In this document: one piece after another, positions 37,413 to 47,751 of the stretch
Position numbering within the stretch: position 1 is the first letter of the stretch
Layout of the letters: every line of letters begins with the position of its first letter
Source of the DNA: Chloroflexota bacterium
Lineage (GTDB): Bacteria; Chloroflexota; UBA11872; VXOZ01
Assembly (NCBI GenBank): GCA_964291655.2
Contig: OZ219802.1
Location: 288,001-352,000, forward strand
DNA: 64,000 bases
Reading direction: 5' to 3'
Made by a program: the position numbers and the translations under genes
Notes under the pieces: model-generated
The model's input: only the letters and a program-made list of their open reading frames with translations
What the model was told of the DNA's origin: nothing
The model's database searches: none

Positions 37413-39446
37413 ATGGCATTGCAGTACCGGACAAGTGATCTCGTTCGCTGGCTCCTAGATGGCGAATTTGTGCTCTCCGACAAAGAGAGGGGCACAATTG
37501 CGCGGATATTGTGCGAAGAGCCGGACCCTTACGAATCGCTGCATATTGTTTCCTCTATTGATAGTCTCCGTGATTCTGCCACGGTGACAAATGCATTGCA
37601 GACCATCGGCGGACGCATTCTACAGCTCGCTCCCCAGTTCGCCCTTTATTCGGAGCACGACTCATCCAAGTTGCTCGATTTCTTGCAGAGAGTAAATGGC
37701 GCACTGTTGGCACGTTTACACGAGTGTTCGCAGGCGCAAGAAGTGTCCACGGCGGAAGAACTGCAGGTCCGGGTAGGCCATCTCACCGCAATCCAGCGGG
37801 TCAACAATGTCGTGAATTCCACGCTAGACCTCGAGCAAGTGTTGGACTTGACCGTGCGGGCAGTGACGGACGTGCTCAATCTCGATGACTGCAGCATCTA
37901 TCTGTTTGATGAGAGCTTGAATTCACTTACGTTGCGCGCCACCACAGGCCTTGACCCCCATGCAATCGGACGCGTGCACTTCGATCTTGGGCAAGGTGTT
38001 GCCGGGTGGGCGGCGCAGCACGGCGAGCCGGTGACTTTGGAAAACGCTTGGGAGGACCCGCGATACCTTCATCATCCGGAGCTAGAGGACAAACCTTTTC
38101 GCGGAATGCTCACTGTTCCCATCATTCTCTACACGGTAAACAAGCTCATTGGCGTTCTCAGTTTACTGACTCGCAATACTAGAAGATTTTCGAGCGAGGA
38201 AATTGGGTTCGCTGAGACTGTGTGCGGGCAGGTTGCCATAGCTATTGAGAATGCCCGCCTCTATGAGCAGACTGACGAGAAACTACGGGAGAAAGTGAGC
38301 CAGCTCACAACACTGCAGCGCGTCTCAGCTTCGATTGGTTCAAGTCTCGACCTCAGTCAGGTGCTCGACATGATTGCACGCCACGCCACGGAGCTATCGA
38401 AAGCTGATAAAGCGGCAATCTTTAAATTGGATGAAACGTCCTACGATCTCTTTGTCATCGCGGGATACAACCTAAGCGAACAGTACAAGACTATGCGTGT
38501 CAAGGTGGGAGAAGGCGCGATTGGACGATCCGTTGCCGAGAGTACTCCGATAGGTGTTGAGGATTTGCTCGAAGATCCTCACATGGCCACTGCGTATCCC
38601 CAACTCGCGGCTGAAGGTGTCCGTTCCATGTTTTGCGTACCGCTCATCGCTCGTGATCGGGTACTCGGCGGGATTAGCGTGTTTGCTGTGGAACGGCGTG
38701 AGTTTAGCGAGGAGCAAGTCCAGCTTGTTTCAACCTTTGCCTACGATGCCGCCCTTGCAATTGAAAACGCACGCCTCTATCAGGAAGCACAGAGAGCGCT
38801 AGAAACGCAGGCCGTGCTCATGCGCGAAATGCAGCACCGGGTTAAGAACAATCTCCAAACTGTAGCCTCCCTGCTCTCATTGCAGAAGCGACGGGCAGAG
38901 TCTTCAGAAGCAGCCGGTCTTCTTGCCCTGAGCGCAGGACGAGTACAGAGCATCGCAGCCGTTCACGAACTCTTTTCGGAAGAGGATATTGGCCTGGCAA
39001 CAGTAGGAGAGATTGCCAATCGCATTATGGATATTGTTCTAAGCGACCTCGTGCCACCTAGCTTGAAGATCGCCTTCTCGATAGCTCCCGCGCCCATCAA
39101 ACTCGGCTCCAAGCAAGCGACACTGTTCGCAATTGCTCTCAATGAACTGGTTTCAAATGCCGTTACGCACGGCTTTGCTGACCGAGCCGAGGGCAGCATC
39201 CGAATTTCGGTAACCCAGGATGAGGAAATGATCGCGGTGGACGTTTGGGACAGCGGGAAGGGGATGCCGAAAGGCTTTGCTCTGCAGACGCATGCGGGGC
39301 TCGGCCTAAGTATCGTTGAGCAACTGGTCAGTCACGAGTTGTCCGGCACATTCCAGATTGAAAATGTACCCAGCGGCGGCGTGACCGCGCGGGTTGCCTT
39401 CCCGGCCGAGCGGGACGACTTCTGGACCGTGTGGTGGAAGGACTGA
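37413..39446 (+). CDS. Soluble tandem-GAF sensor histidine kinase (HisKA_2, PdtaS/EutW-like)
   Basis: Two GAF domains ending in AIENARLY; H-box QHRVKNNLQ; NELVSNA.H, DSGKG, GLGL. Confidence 0.85.
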   Translation: MALQYRTSDLVRWLLDGEFVLSDKERGTIARILCEEPDPYESLHIVSSIDSLRDSATVTNALQTIGGRILQLAPQFALYSEHDSSKLLDFLQRVNGALLARLHECSQAQEVSTAEELQVRVGHLTAIQRVNNVVNSTLDLEQVLDLTVRAVTDVLNLDDCSIYLFDESLNSLTLRATTGLDPHAIGRVHFDLGQGVAGWAAQHGEPVTLENAWEDPRYLHHPELEDKPFRGMLTVPIILYTVNKLIGVLSLLTRNTRRFSSEEIGFAETVCGQVAIAIENARLYEQTDEKLREKVSQLTTLQRVSASIGSSLDLSQVLDMIARHATELSKADKAAIFKLDETSYDLFVIAGYNLSEQYKTMRVKVGEGAIGRSVAESTPIGVEDLLEDPHMATAYPQLAAEGVRSMFCVPLIARDRVLGGISVFAVERREFSEEQVQLVSTFAYDAALAIENARLYQEAQRALETQAVLMREMQHRVKNNLQTVASLLSLQKRRAESSEAAGLLALSAGRVQSIAAVHELFSEEDIGLATVGEIANRIMDIVLSDLVPPSLKIAFSIAPAPIKLGSKQATLFAIALNELVSNAVTHGFADRAEGSIRISVTQDEEMIAVDVWDSGKGMPKGFALQTHAGLGLSIVEQLVSHELSGTFQIENVPSGGVTARVAFPAERDDFWTVWWKD

Positions 39447-39696
39447 CCGAGGGAATTGGCCTCTTGCGCTCATTTCCAAGCGCGGACCACTAAGAATCAC
39501 TTGCCAAGTGTACCTTCCACGAATTTGACCTCACAGAATCTCCTTTTGCCTGCTGTGTCTACACACTCGTGCCGGCGCTACGGCCCAATGAATTCTTCGA
39601 CTCAAACCAACAGGTCAAGGTGGGGCTTCTCCTCCCGATGAATAGCGGTATGGGCGACATACAAGGAAGTTTGCATGAATATCCCAGGAGGCTGAA

Positions 39697-40575
39697 ATGC
39701 GATTGATGATTTTGGGATCAGGCACACCCGGCTTGAGCGCCACACAGTATGGATCATCATATGTGGCGAGCGTAGGCAATGAAAGCTTCATGTTCGACTG
39801 CGGGCCGGCAACAACCTATAAACTACTCAAGATGGGAATGGCTCCTGCGGAGATCGGCTATCTCTTCTTCACCCACCATCATTACGATCACACTGCGGAC
39901 TACCCGGGATTTCTGCTCTCCCGCTGGGATACGGGTTATGGCAACGTAGCCAATTTGCAGGTGTATGGCCCGAATGACACAGCGCAGTTTACGGCCCGGC
40001 TCATTGACCCCGATACCGGCGCATTTGCACCTGATATCAAGGCAAGAATGAACCATCCGGTGAGCGTACAGGGCTTCCAACAGCGCGGCGGAGTGCTGCC
40101 GCGCACTCCACCCCAGGTAAATGTAAGGAATGTTGGGCCAGGACAGGTGTGCCGGAGCGATGACTGGGAGGTTGTCTGCGCCGCCACCAAGCACGTTCAG
40201 CCCTGGCTCAATTCGCTGGCTTTTCGTCTCAACAGCAACGATGGGTCAATTGTCTTTACGGGCGATGCCGGACCGGGACGGAGCTTGATCGAGCTTGCCA
40301 AAGATGCAGACACCATGGTGGCCATGTGTCATATGGCTCGCTCGCAGGTGCGAGAGGAAGAGCGTGACTCGAATTTGGGGACGATCTCCGCAGGTCGTGT
40401 CGCTCAAGAAGCGCGAGTGAACCGCCTCGTCTTAGTGCATCATACACGTGCCATTGGCGCCGAAACTCTGGGCGAGCCGGCGCCAGGGCAAGCGGAACGC
40501 GTTATTGCGGAAGTCGCCTCCCAGTTCAGCGGCGAAATCATTCTGGGCAGAGAGTTCATGCACGTGCAACTCTAG
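39697..40575 (+). CDS. RNase Z-like MBL-fold metallohydrolase
   Basis: LGSGTP, FDCG, THHHYDH, FTGD, LVH; AGGAGG RBS. Confidence 0.85.
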   Translation: MRLMILGSGTPGLSATQYGSSYVASVGNESFMFDCGPATTYKLLKMGMAPAEIGYLFFTHHHYDHTADYPGFLLSRWDTGYGNVANLQVYGPNDTAQFTARLIDPDTGAFAPDIKARMNHPVSVQGFQQRGGVLPRTPPQVNVRNVGPGQVCRSDDWEVVCAATKHVQPWLNSLAFRLNSNDGSIVFTGDAGPGRSLIELAKDADTMVAMCHMARSQVREEERDSNLGTISAGRVAQEARVNRLVLVHHTRAIGAETLGEPAPGQAERVIAEVASQFSGEIILGREFMHVQL

Positions 40576-40709
40576 GCAGAGTTGCGTACGGTCCACGAGG
40601 GACTTTCAAGATAGACCGACCGCAACAGCCGCGCACCTTGATCAACCCGGAGCACAAGGATGGAATCTCCAGCCTGCACGATCGTGAGCACCTTTCAGAT
40701 TGTCGCTAA

Positions 40710-41492
40710 CTACCCTTCTGCAGCGTCGTCAATGGCGCGGCGCAAGTCGGTACAAGCGCGATAGAAGATGTTCGTGTCGCAGGAAACGGAGACCATCTTC
40801 ACGCCGCGCTTGGCCCATTTGGCCGCATCCTCCGGCGTGTTTACAAATGTACCGACCACCTTGCCGTGCTGCCGGCAAAGGTTCACAGTTCGCTCGATAA
40901 CGTCGACCACCTGAGGATGACCTGTTTGGCCGGCTACACCGAGAGATTGAGAGAGATCGTATGGTCCAATGAAAATCGAGTCATAGCCCGGCACCGCGGC
41001 AATAGCCTCCAGGTTCTCCACACCGCGCGTACCTTCAACCTGGAGCACAACGGCTTGATTCTCATTGCAAACTTGAAAATAGCCCTCTGCACCCAGCGCG
41101 CCGTACTGACCGCCGCGCAGGAAGATGTGCACGCCACGCTCCCCATCCGGCGCAAATCGAGCGGCAGCAACCGCGGTTCTTGCCTCTTCTGCACTCGATA
41201 CAAAAGGCACCTGCACACCGGACGAACCACAATCGAGCGCTGGGCCAATCAGCCAGGATGCCAGCGTGGGAATACGAACCAGGGAAGCAATGCCAAAGTG
41301 ATCGCACGCGCTCACGAGATGCACGAGGCTCTCGGCATTAATGTGGCCATGCTCCTGATCAAGAATGACAAAATCAAATCCAGCGATGGCAAGGGTCTCC
41401 ACATGCGAAACGGTAGGCGCATCTACGAAGACTCCATAGAGTGTTTCATTTTGCGCGATTCTACCCCGCAGTCCGATTTGCGCAACGGTCAC
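40710..41492 (-). CDS. HpcH/HpaI class II aldolase
   Basis: LDQEHG, LVR, QVE, FIGPYDLS.SLG. Confidence 0.9.
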   Translation of the reverse strand: MTVAQIGLRGRIAQNETLYGVFVDAPTVSHVETLAIAGFDFVILDQEHGHINAESLVHLVSACDHFGIASLVRIPTLASWLIGPALDCGSSGVQVPFVSSAEEARTAVAAARFAPDGERGVHIFLRGGQYGALGAEGYFQVCNENQAVVLQVEGTRGVENLEAIAAVPGYDSIFIGPYDLSQSLGVAGQTGHPQVVDVIERTVNLCRQHGKVVGTFVNTPEDAAKWAKRGVKMVSVSCDTNIFYRACTDLRRAIDDAAEG

Positions 41493-41709
41493 TGCCCTAC
41501 TCCTTTGGCTTGTCTCAGGTTTTATTCAGCATAGTAGCTAAAATGAAGCTAGGCAAGCGAGATGTATTATCTCGGGGTTCCGTGCCTTCCCGCCGCAGAA
41601 CGGCGCACATTGCACCAGCAATCAGCTTGCGTCATTAGTGCAACGGGAGCAGCGTGTATACTTGAGTCATATTCTCCAGTAGCGGTCCGAGAAGGGTGAG
41701 GTCACCACT

Positions 41710-42654
41710 ATGGAAGGAATCCAAGACTTTGCTGAACGCGTGATCGAGAACGTCGAGAGAGTCATCATTGGTAAGCATGCGGAAGTAGAGCTATCCCTCA
41801 TTGCCCTGCTCTGTGGGGGACATGTCTTGGTTGAAGACGTGCCCGGCGTGGGCAAGACCTCGCTCGCCAAAGCCGTAGCGCGCTCCATTGGATGCAGCTT
41901 CAAGCGACTCCAATTCACTCCCGACATGTTGCCCAGCGACATTACCGGTGTCTTCATCTACAACCAAAAGACAAACGAATTCGAGTTTCGACCGGGGCCG
42001 ATCATGGCGCAGATCGTGCTCGCAGACGAGATTAATCGCGCCACACCAAAGACGCAATCAGCATTGCTCGAAGCCATGGAGGAGCACAACATCACGGTTG
42101 AAGGGCAGACCTTTCCCCTGCCAAATCCCTTCCTCGTGCTGGCAACGCAGAACCCAATCGAATACGAAGGCACCTTCCCCTTGCCTGAAGCGCAGCTCGA
42201 CCGCTTTCTCATGCGCATTGAGCTTGGCTACCCTCGTCGGGCCGATGAGATGACCGTTCTCGAGACTCAACAGCGTGCCCAACCGCTTGATGAAATTAGC
42301 CAAGTCGTGGAAGTGCGCGAATTGGTCGAAATGCAACAGCGCACGCGGGAAGTGTATGTCGATCGCCTCGTGCGCGAGTACATCGTGGAACTCGTGAACG
42401 CGACCCGTCAGCATCCTGATGTGTACTTGGGCGCAAGTCCGCGAGGCAGTTTGGCGCTCGACCACACGGCTCAGGCGCGAGCGACCCTTATGGGACGCGA
42501 TTACGCCACGCCGGACGACGTGAAATACATGGCTGTACCGACTCTCGCTCACCGCTTGATCGTCAGTCCCGGAGCGGGAGTACGGAATACAAGTACTAAC
42601 GACGTTGTCCTGGAACTGCTGGAGTCCGTGCCGGTGCCCGGAGCCAGGGTGTAA
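41710..42654 (+). CDS. MoxR family AAA+ ATPase
   Basis: [44 protein letters not shown]. Confidence 0.93.
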   Translation: MEGIQDFAERVIENVERVIIGKHAEVELSLIALLCGGHVLVEDVPGVGKTSLAKAVARSIGCSFKRLQFTPDMLPSDITGVFIYNQKTNEFEFRPGPIMAQIVLADEINRATPKTQSALLEAMEEHNITVEGQTFPLPNPFLVLATQNPIEYEGTFPLPEAQLDRFLMRIELGYPRRADEMTVLETQQRAQPLDEISQVVEVRELVEMQQRTREVYVDRLVREYIVELVNATRQHPDVYLGASPRGSLALDHTAQARATLMGRDYATPDDVKYMAVPTLAHRLIVSPGAGVRNTSTNDVVLELLESVPVPGARV

Positions 42655-42716
42655 CGCCGGTCGATATTCCTCGACTCATAGCCCTACACAGAGTCATCAG
42701 GCCCGAAAGGACAGTA

Positions 42717-43304
42717 ATGGCTCGTACCAGTGCGCAAGTACCCAAGAAACGGAACTTGCTCCGTTCAACCCAACGCAGGTGTGCGGTACGCTTGGCAGAC
42801 GCCGGAGAGCAGTGGGGATGGTTTGCGGTTGCGGCGACGGCTACGGGCATCTGCGAGGCCACATTTGGGCACGAAAACATGCTGGAAGCAGGTAAGGCAC
42901 TGGAAGAGAGACTCGGCGCGCCCGTCGGAGCCAATGACGACGCTGAGCATATTGCCAAAGCCGCCGAGCAAGAACTACATGCGTTTTTCGCGGGGGAGGG
43001 AATCACGTTTAGCGTACCCATCTCCCTGGCCGGTACGGCGTTCCAACGTGCCGTGTGGGAAGAGACGAGCGCCATCGCGTACGGAAAGCTCGCTACTTAT
43101 CAGGAAATAGCAAGACGAATCGGCAAGCCCCAGGCGTATCGGGCGGTTGGCAATGCGCTGGGACAGAATCCGCTGCCCGTCTTCGTGCCCTGCCATCGCG
43201 TGATTGCGAGCGACGGCAGCTACGGGGGGTACACGCGCGGACTGCCGTGGAAAGAACGTCTGTTAGCGCTTGAGGGATCGGTCAATTTGGTGCAACTCAA
43301 GTAG
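42717..43304 (+). CDS. ogt: Methylated-DNA-protein-cysteine methyltransferase
   Basis: GTAFQ..VW, RAVG.A, PCHRV active site. Confidence 0.9.
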   Translation: MARTSAQVPKKRNLLRSTQRRCAVRLADAGEQWGWFAVAATATGICEATFGHENMLEAGKALEERLGAPVGANDDAEHIAKAAEQELHAFFAGEGITFSVPISLAGTAFQRAVWEETSAIAYGKLATYQEIARRIGKPQAYRAVGNALGQNPLPVFVPCHRVIASDGSYGGYTRGLPWKERLLALEGSVNLVQLK

Positions 43305-43329
43305 CTGCCCTCGACCTCACGAACGCCCC

Positions 43330-43692
43330 TCAGATTCCGTACGGCTTTGAGTCATCCATTTCTTGGGTTGGCGCGCTCTGCATCTCTTCCTCCCCACGCA
43401 TGTGGCTGAACATGTCGTCGTTATAGAACCCGGCTTCTTCTCCCCGATAGACGGTTACCATTAGGTCTTCGCGCGGAACTTCGGCCGAAAGAACGAGATG
43501 ATTGTCGATTTCCTCGATAACGCCGAATTGCTCGTGCTCGGAGAGGTCTTGGAACAGGACCAAGGTACAATAGACGACCGTGTGCGCATAGTGAAGTTCA
43601 ATCTGCGCAAGCTGCTCACCATTCTTGTGCACTCGATAGCCTTCAGATGAGGGAGTGCGGTACTGTCTTTCAAATACAAGCGCCGGGGTCAT
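43330..43692 (-). CDS. Acidic hypothetical protein co-transcribed with nadBC
   Basis: 120-aa ORF starting 4 nt after the nadC stop, preceded by AGGT/AAGGA; protein-like composition. Confidence 0.7.
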   Translation of the reverse strand: MTPALVFERQYRTPSSEGYRVHKNGEQLAQIELHYAHTVVYCTLVLFQDLSEHEQFGVIEEIDNHLVLSAEVPREDLMVTVYRGEEAGFYNDDMFSHMRGEEEMQSAPTQEMDDSKPYGI

Positions 43693-43696
43693 TTAC

Positions 43697-44551
43697 CTAT
43701 CCTTCAATGTCAAGACTAATATCTAATGCCGCTGCCGAATGCGTAAGCATGCCCACTGAGACAAGGTCTACACCGGCGAGGGCTGCATCTCTCACCGACT
43801 CGAGGGTAATGCCACCCGAAGCCTCCGTGAATGCTCTGCCCTTCACCATTGCAACCGCCTGTGCCATCTTTGCGGGCGGCATGTTGTCGAGCAGGATGCC
43901 ATCCGCACCTGCCTCCAGTGCCTTGGCAACCTGATTCAAGGTCTTGGCCTCAATCTGAATCTTAAGCAGATGATGAACTGAAGACCGCGCTCTCTTCACT
44001 GCCGCAGTTAATGAGCCGCACGCAGCGATGTGATTATCTTTGATGAGGACGCCGTCAAAGAGTCCAATGCGATGGTTATGGCCACCGCCAATACGGACAG
44101 CGTACTTTTCCAGCAGTCGCAGGCCCGGCGTGGTCTTGCGGGTATCGACAATAGTGGCATTCGTTTCCGCCACAGCCTCGACGAAAGCCCTCGTCAACGT
44201 GGCCACACCCGAAAGGTGTCGGAGGATGTTGAGGGCGACACGCTCGCCTGTAAGAATTGCTTGCAGCGGTCCCTCCACACGCAGGAAGGTCTCACCAGGC
44301 TTGAGGCATTCTCCGTCCGCGTGCAGCAAAGTTGCGCGTACGGCATGATCCAGATGAGTGAAGACCCTTGCGGCGATCGGATTTCCCGCCAGTACACCGG
44401 ATTGCTTGGCATGAGCGACCGCCACACCTACTTGGCTTGCAGGGACGAGGGCTTGTGTTGTAACGTCGCCTGCGCCTACGTCCTCCGCTAAGGCTCGCCG
44501 GACGAAATCGTCGATGACATTTGATGAAATGGGCAATTGAGCATTATTCAT
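43697..44551 (-). CDS. nadC: Quinolinate phosphoribosyltransferase
   Basis: DTRKTTPG.R, HRIGL.D.VLIKDNH, LLDNM, EASGG; start may be 44575. Confidence 0.95.
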   Translation of the reverse strand: MNNAQLPISSNVIDDFVRRALAEDVGAGDVTTQALVPASQVGVAVAHAKQSGVLAGNPIAARVFTHLDHAVRATLLHADGECLKPGETFLRVEGPLQAILTGERVALNILRHLSGVATLTRAFVEAVAETNATIVDTRKTTPGLRLLEKYAVRIGGGHNHRIGLFDGVLIKDNHIAACGSLTAAVKRARSSVHHLLKIQIEAKTLNQVAKALEAGADGILLDNMPPAKMAQAVAMVKGRAFTEASGGITLESVRDAALAGVDLVSVGMLTHSAAALDISLDIEG

Positions 44552-44605
44552 GGTTGTTCTGTCAATACGCCACAATTACTTGCCAGAGACTGTTTAAGGG
44601 ATATT

Positions 44606-46258
44606 TCACGTGCCCGGATAGATTACGATGCGGTGGCGCCATGCATCACTCGAATCGGGAAAATCTCGGCGATAGTGCGCACCTCGGCTCTCTGTTCGCA
44701 AGCGAGCTGCAGTCGTCGTGAGCAGTCCCATCACCAACGATGAGCGGTATTCACATTGACGCCGACTCTTGCCTACCGGCGTCCGCGCAAGCCACTCCTG
44801 CAATTGGCCTTCCGCCTCTCGCAGGCCCCGCTCCTCTCGCACGATGCCCGTATTGTGCCACATCAGTTGCTTGAGCGCTGGCAGGGCACTTCCTGCGCGC
44901 CTGCGGCCTGTTGACACGGGGGGAAGTGGAATGCGTACGTGTGAGTTCGGCGCGAGTGCCGGCTGATACCTTGCCGGCATACCGTATTCCGGTACGGACA
45001 CGCCTTGCGTGTCCAATACAATACGCCTCGCGAATACTAACGCTTCAAGCAGAGAGTTGCTCGCCAGACGATTAGCGCCATGTACACCGCTGCACGCAAC
45101 CTCCCCGCACGCATAAAGGCCGAGCAATGATGTCCGTCCATGTAGATCGGTGAGCACCCCACCCGTCATGTAGTGGGCCGCCGGGGCCACGGGAATGAGC
45201 TGGGAAGTTATGTCAATATCATATCGTTGGCAACGTGAATAGATCGTGGGAAAGTGCGTCCTCGATTCCTCTGCATCCAAGTGCCGCATGTCCAAGTAGA
45301 CGCAGCCACTCTTTGAACGGGCCATCTCCGTTACGGCGGCACGCGCGACCACGTCGCGAGGAGCTAGTTCGTCACGCTCATGGTAGCGGCCCATGTACCG
45401 TTCACCGCAGCTATTGCGCAGGTGCGCTCCCGCACCGCGCACGGCCTCGGAGATCAAGAACGACGGCGCACCCGATTTTCGCAACGCGGTGGGATGAAAT
45501 TGAAAGAACTCCATGTCCGCAATGCCCGCACCGGCCTGAAACGCCAGCGCAACGCCGTCCCCCGTTGCGATACTCGGGTTCGTGGTATAGGCAAAGAGTT
45601 GTCCGCCGCCACCGGAGCACAATACGACATTGCGGGAGCGATATGCGTGGAATGTGCCGTCTCGCACATTTAGCGCCTCGACTCCGACACAGCGCTGGCC
45701 TTGCACAAGCAATTTCGTGGCGAGATGATTTTCGCGAATAGTTACCGCGGAGCGGCGCGTATAGCGCGAGAGCGCACTCTCGATCTCAGCGCCGGTCGCG
45801 TCACCGCGCGCATGAAGCACGCGGGGCACGGAGTGCGCCCCTTCTATAGCCAAGTTGATCTCACCATGCAAGGTGTCGAAGTTTACACCAAGGGTCATCA
45901 ACTCGCGGACACAGGCGGGGCCCTCGGAGGCCATAGCCATCACGGCTTCCGGGTCGCACAACCCCGCGCCGGCAACCATAGTGTCTTCCCAGTGTAGGGC
46001 GGCGCTATCGTCAGAGGCAACTGCGGCCGCTACCCCGCCCTGCGCATATCGTGTATTTGATTGTGACAGTCGACCCTTGGTCAAGATCAGCACGGAACCA
46101 AATTGGCGTGCGTAGTGCGCGGCGTAGAGTCCGGCAATACCGCTGCCGATAATGATGTAGTCGTAGCTAACTATGTTTCTACCGCCAATTTCGACTGCAG
46201 ATGAATGCTGCACTCTAAGATACTTGACCCTGGTGCTGTCCTCAACTGAGCAAAGCAA
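44606..46258 (-). CDS. nadB: L-aspartate oxidase
   Basis: GSGIAGL, YAQGG, QFHPT, SEAVRG.G, AHY.TGG, GVHGANRLASNSL, ESRGAH; true start uncertain (possibly GTG 46213). Confidence 0.93.
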   Translation of the reverse strand: MLCSVEDSTRVKYLRVQHSSAVEIGGRNIVSYDYIIIGSGIAGLYAAHYARQFGSVLILTKGRLSQSNTRYAQGGVAAAVASDDSAALHWEDTMVAGAGLCDPEAVMAMASEGPACVRELMTLGVNFDTLHGEINLAIEGAHSVPRVLHARGDATGAEIESALSRYTRRSAVTIRENHLATKLLVQGQRCVGVEALNVRDGTFHAYRSRNVVLCSGGGGQLFAYTTNPSIATGDGVALAFQAGAGIADMEFFQFHPTALRKSGAPSFLISEAVRGAGAHLRNSCGERYMGRYHERDELAPRDVVARAAVTEMARSKSGCVYLDMRHLDAEESRTHFPTIYSRCQRYDIDITSQLIPVAPAAHYMTGGVLTDLHGRTSLLGLYACGEVACSGVHGANRLASNSLLEALVFARRIVLDTQGVSVPEYGMPARYQPALAPNSHVRIPLPPVSTGRRRAGSALPALKQLMWHNTGIVREERGLREAEGQLQEWLARTPVGKSRRQCEYRSSLVMGLLTTTAARLRTESRGAHYRRDFPDSSDAWRHRIVIYPGT

Positions 46259-46449
46259 AGCTTCAAACGGACCGAGAAAGAGCGATTTCTGTAGCCGCTT
46301 TGCCGAACGAGAAGAGGTGCGCTACGACCTCTATTCCGACTCAAATGGACTGTTTACAGAGCATTGGGTGCACCGTATACTAAATCCCAGCCTGTGCCCT
46401 TTGCTAGGGTACTGCATTACTAGAGTTTCTTACGAGGATTCGCGTCGTT

Positions 46450-47160
46450 ATGAGCGGAGAAGCGCAAGCATCGAAGGCTCGACCCACTACGGCGGGCATC
46501 GAGCGTTACTTGGAAGCAATCTACGCCTTGGGAGATGAAGGCCGCGATGACATCGCGGCAAGGTTCGCAGAGCACTTGGGCGTAGCTGCATCCACCGTTA
46601 CCGAAGCGCTCCGCCGTTTGGTCAGGGAAGGATACGTAGCACTTAGCCAGCGCAGAGAGATTGAGTTAACGCCCAAAGACCGGGAGATTACGAAACGCAT
46701 AGTACGTCGTCACCGGCTATCGGATCGGCTGCAAACAGACATGCATGGTGTTCCCTGGTATGACGTGCATGAGGAGGCGAGCCGCCTCGATCATGCTATA
46801 TCGCCCAGTGTGGAAGCCAAGCTTGCCGCTCTCTTGGGCGACCCCGCCACGTGTCCGCATAGCAATCCCATTCCTGGATCCGGAACTCCCAACCTGGAAT
46901 CGGGTTTCTACCTCGACGTGGCCAGCCAGGGCGACGTGCTTGTGGTGGAAGATATTACAGAGCAGACGGAACAGGATAGTCGTCTCCTGGAATTCTTTCA
47001 CCGCAATGGCATCGTTCCTGGTGTGATAGCCACGGTTGCCCAAATTGCGCAATCTGCCGGCGCTATCGAGCTGCGCGTTGGTGATCAGACGGTCGGCATC
47101 AGCTAGCAAGCGGCGAACTGAATCTTCGTTCAACCTGTAGAGCAGCGTCACGCCAGCATG
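46450..47160 (+). pseudogene. DtxR/IdeR/MntR-family metal-dependent regulator, apparently degenerate
   Basis: The open frame ends at TAG 47104-47106, but the same frame continues QAAN*IFVQPV like a FeoA/SH3 tail. Several metal-ligand positions are substituted. Confidence 0.6.
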
Positions 47161-47242
47161 CGATAGATCGGCAATCTAGATCGCTTGTAGATTTCGCTGG
47201 TTCAGCCGCAGTTCTAGAGGGACCACCGAAGGGCAGAGGGAC

Positions 47243-47683
47243 ATGCCGAAACGAGAATCGCGCAAGCGGAGAAAGTATCACGCAGCATCGAGAGGCAAAG
47301 GAACCTCGGGTGAGACGCGAGATACTCCTGCTGAACCTGATAGCAAAAATGGGGACGCGGATAGTCGGCCGCGGCGAGTCTTCGTATGTATTGGCTCGTC
47401 TTGCTCCGACCAAAAGAGCCGAGGCATCTTAACCGAGCTTAAGAAACAGATTGAGCGACAAGACCTCACAAATCGCACACACGTGTACACGGCGACGTGC
47501 CTCAGCCACTGCCTACGGGCGCCGGTTATGCAGGTCTATCCCGAAGGCACGCTGTATTGCAACATCCTCCCGCGGGACGTGCGCACGATCGTGACTGAAC
47601 ACTTGGAAAAGGGCCAGACGGTTGATCACTTTGCGTTTGATCCCTTCGCCACAGTTCGCTGGAACGATGAAATAGACTCTTGA
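47243..47683 (+). CDS. Thioredoxin-like [2Fe-2S] ferredoxin
   Basis: VFVC.G.SC ... TCL.HC..AP...VYPEG..Y; basic disordered N-terminus. Confidence 0.82.
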   Translation: MPKRESRKRRKYHAASRGKGTSGETRDTPAEPDSKNGDADSRPRRVFVCIGSSCSDQKSRGILTELKKQIERQDLTNRTHVYTATCLSHCLRAPVMQVYPEGTLYCNILPRDVRTIVTEHLEKGQTVDHFAFDPFATVRWNDEIDS

Positions 47684-47751
47684 TTAATTGGGACGAGGCG
47701 GCCCATTACTTACGGTCGCCATGTGAATAGTCTATTCGCGGCCTGGTTCCC

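Noticed and set aside
46238-46253. CTCA-AC-TGAG palindrome upstream of nadB as a NadQ/NrtR-type operator
   Set aside because: The spacer is one base shorter than the CTC-N5-GAG pattern I recall, the flanks do not match, and it is too short to support a call.
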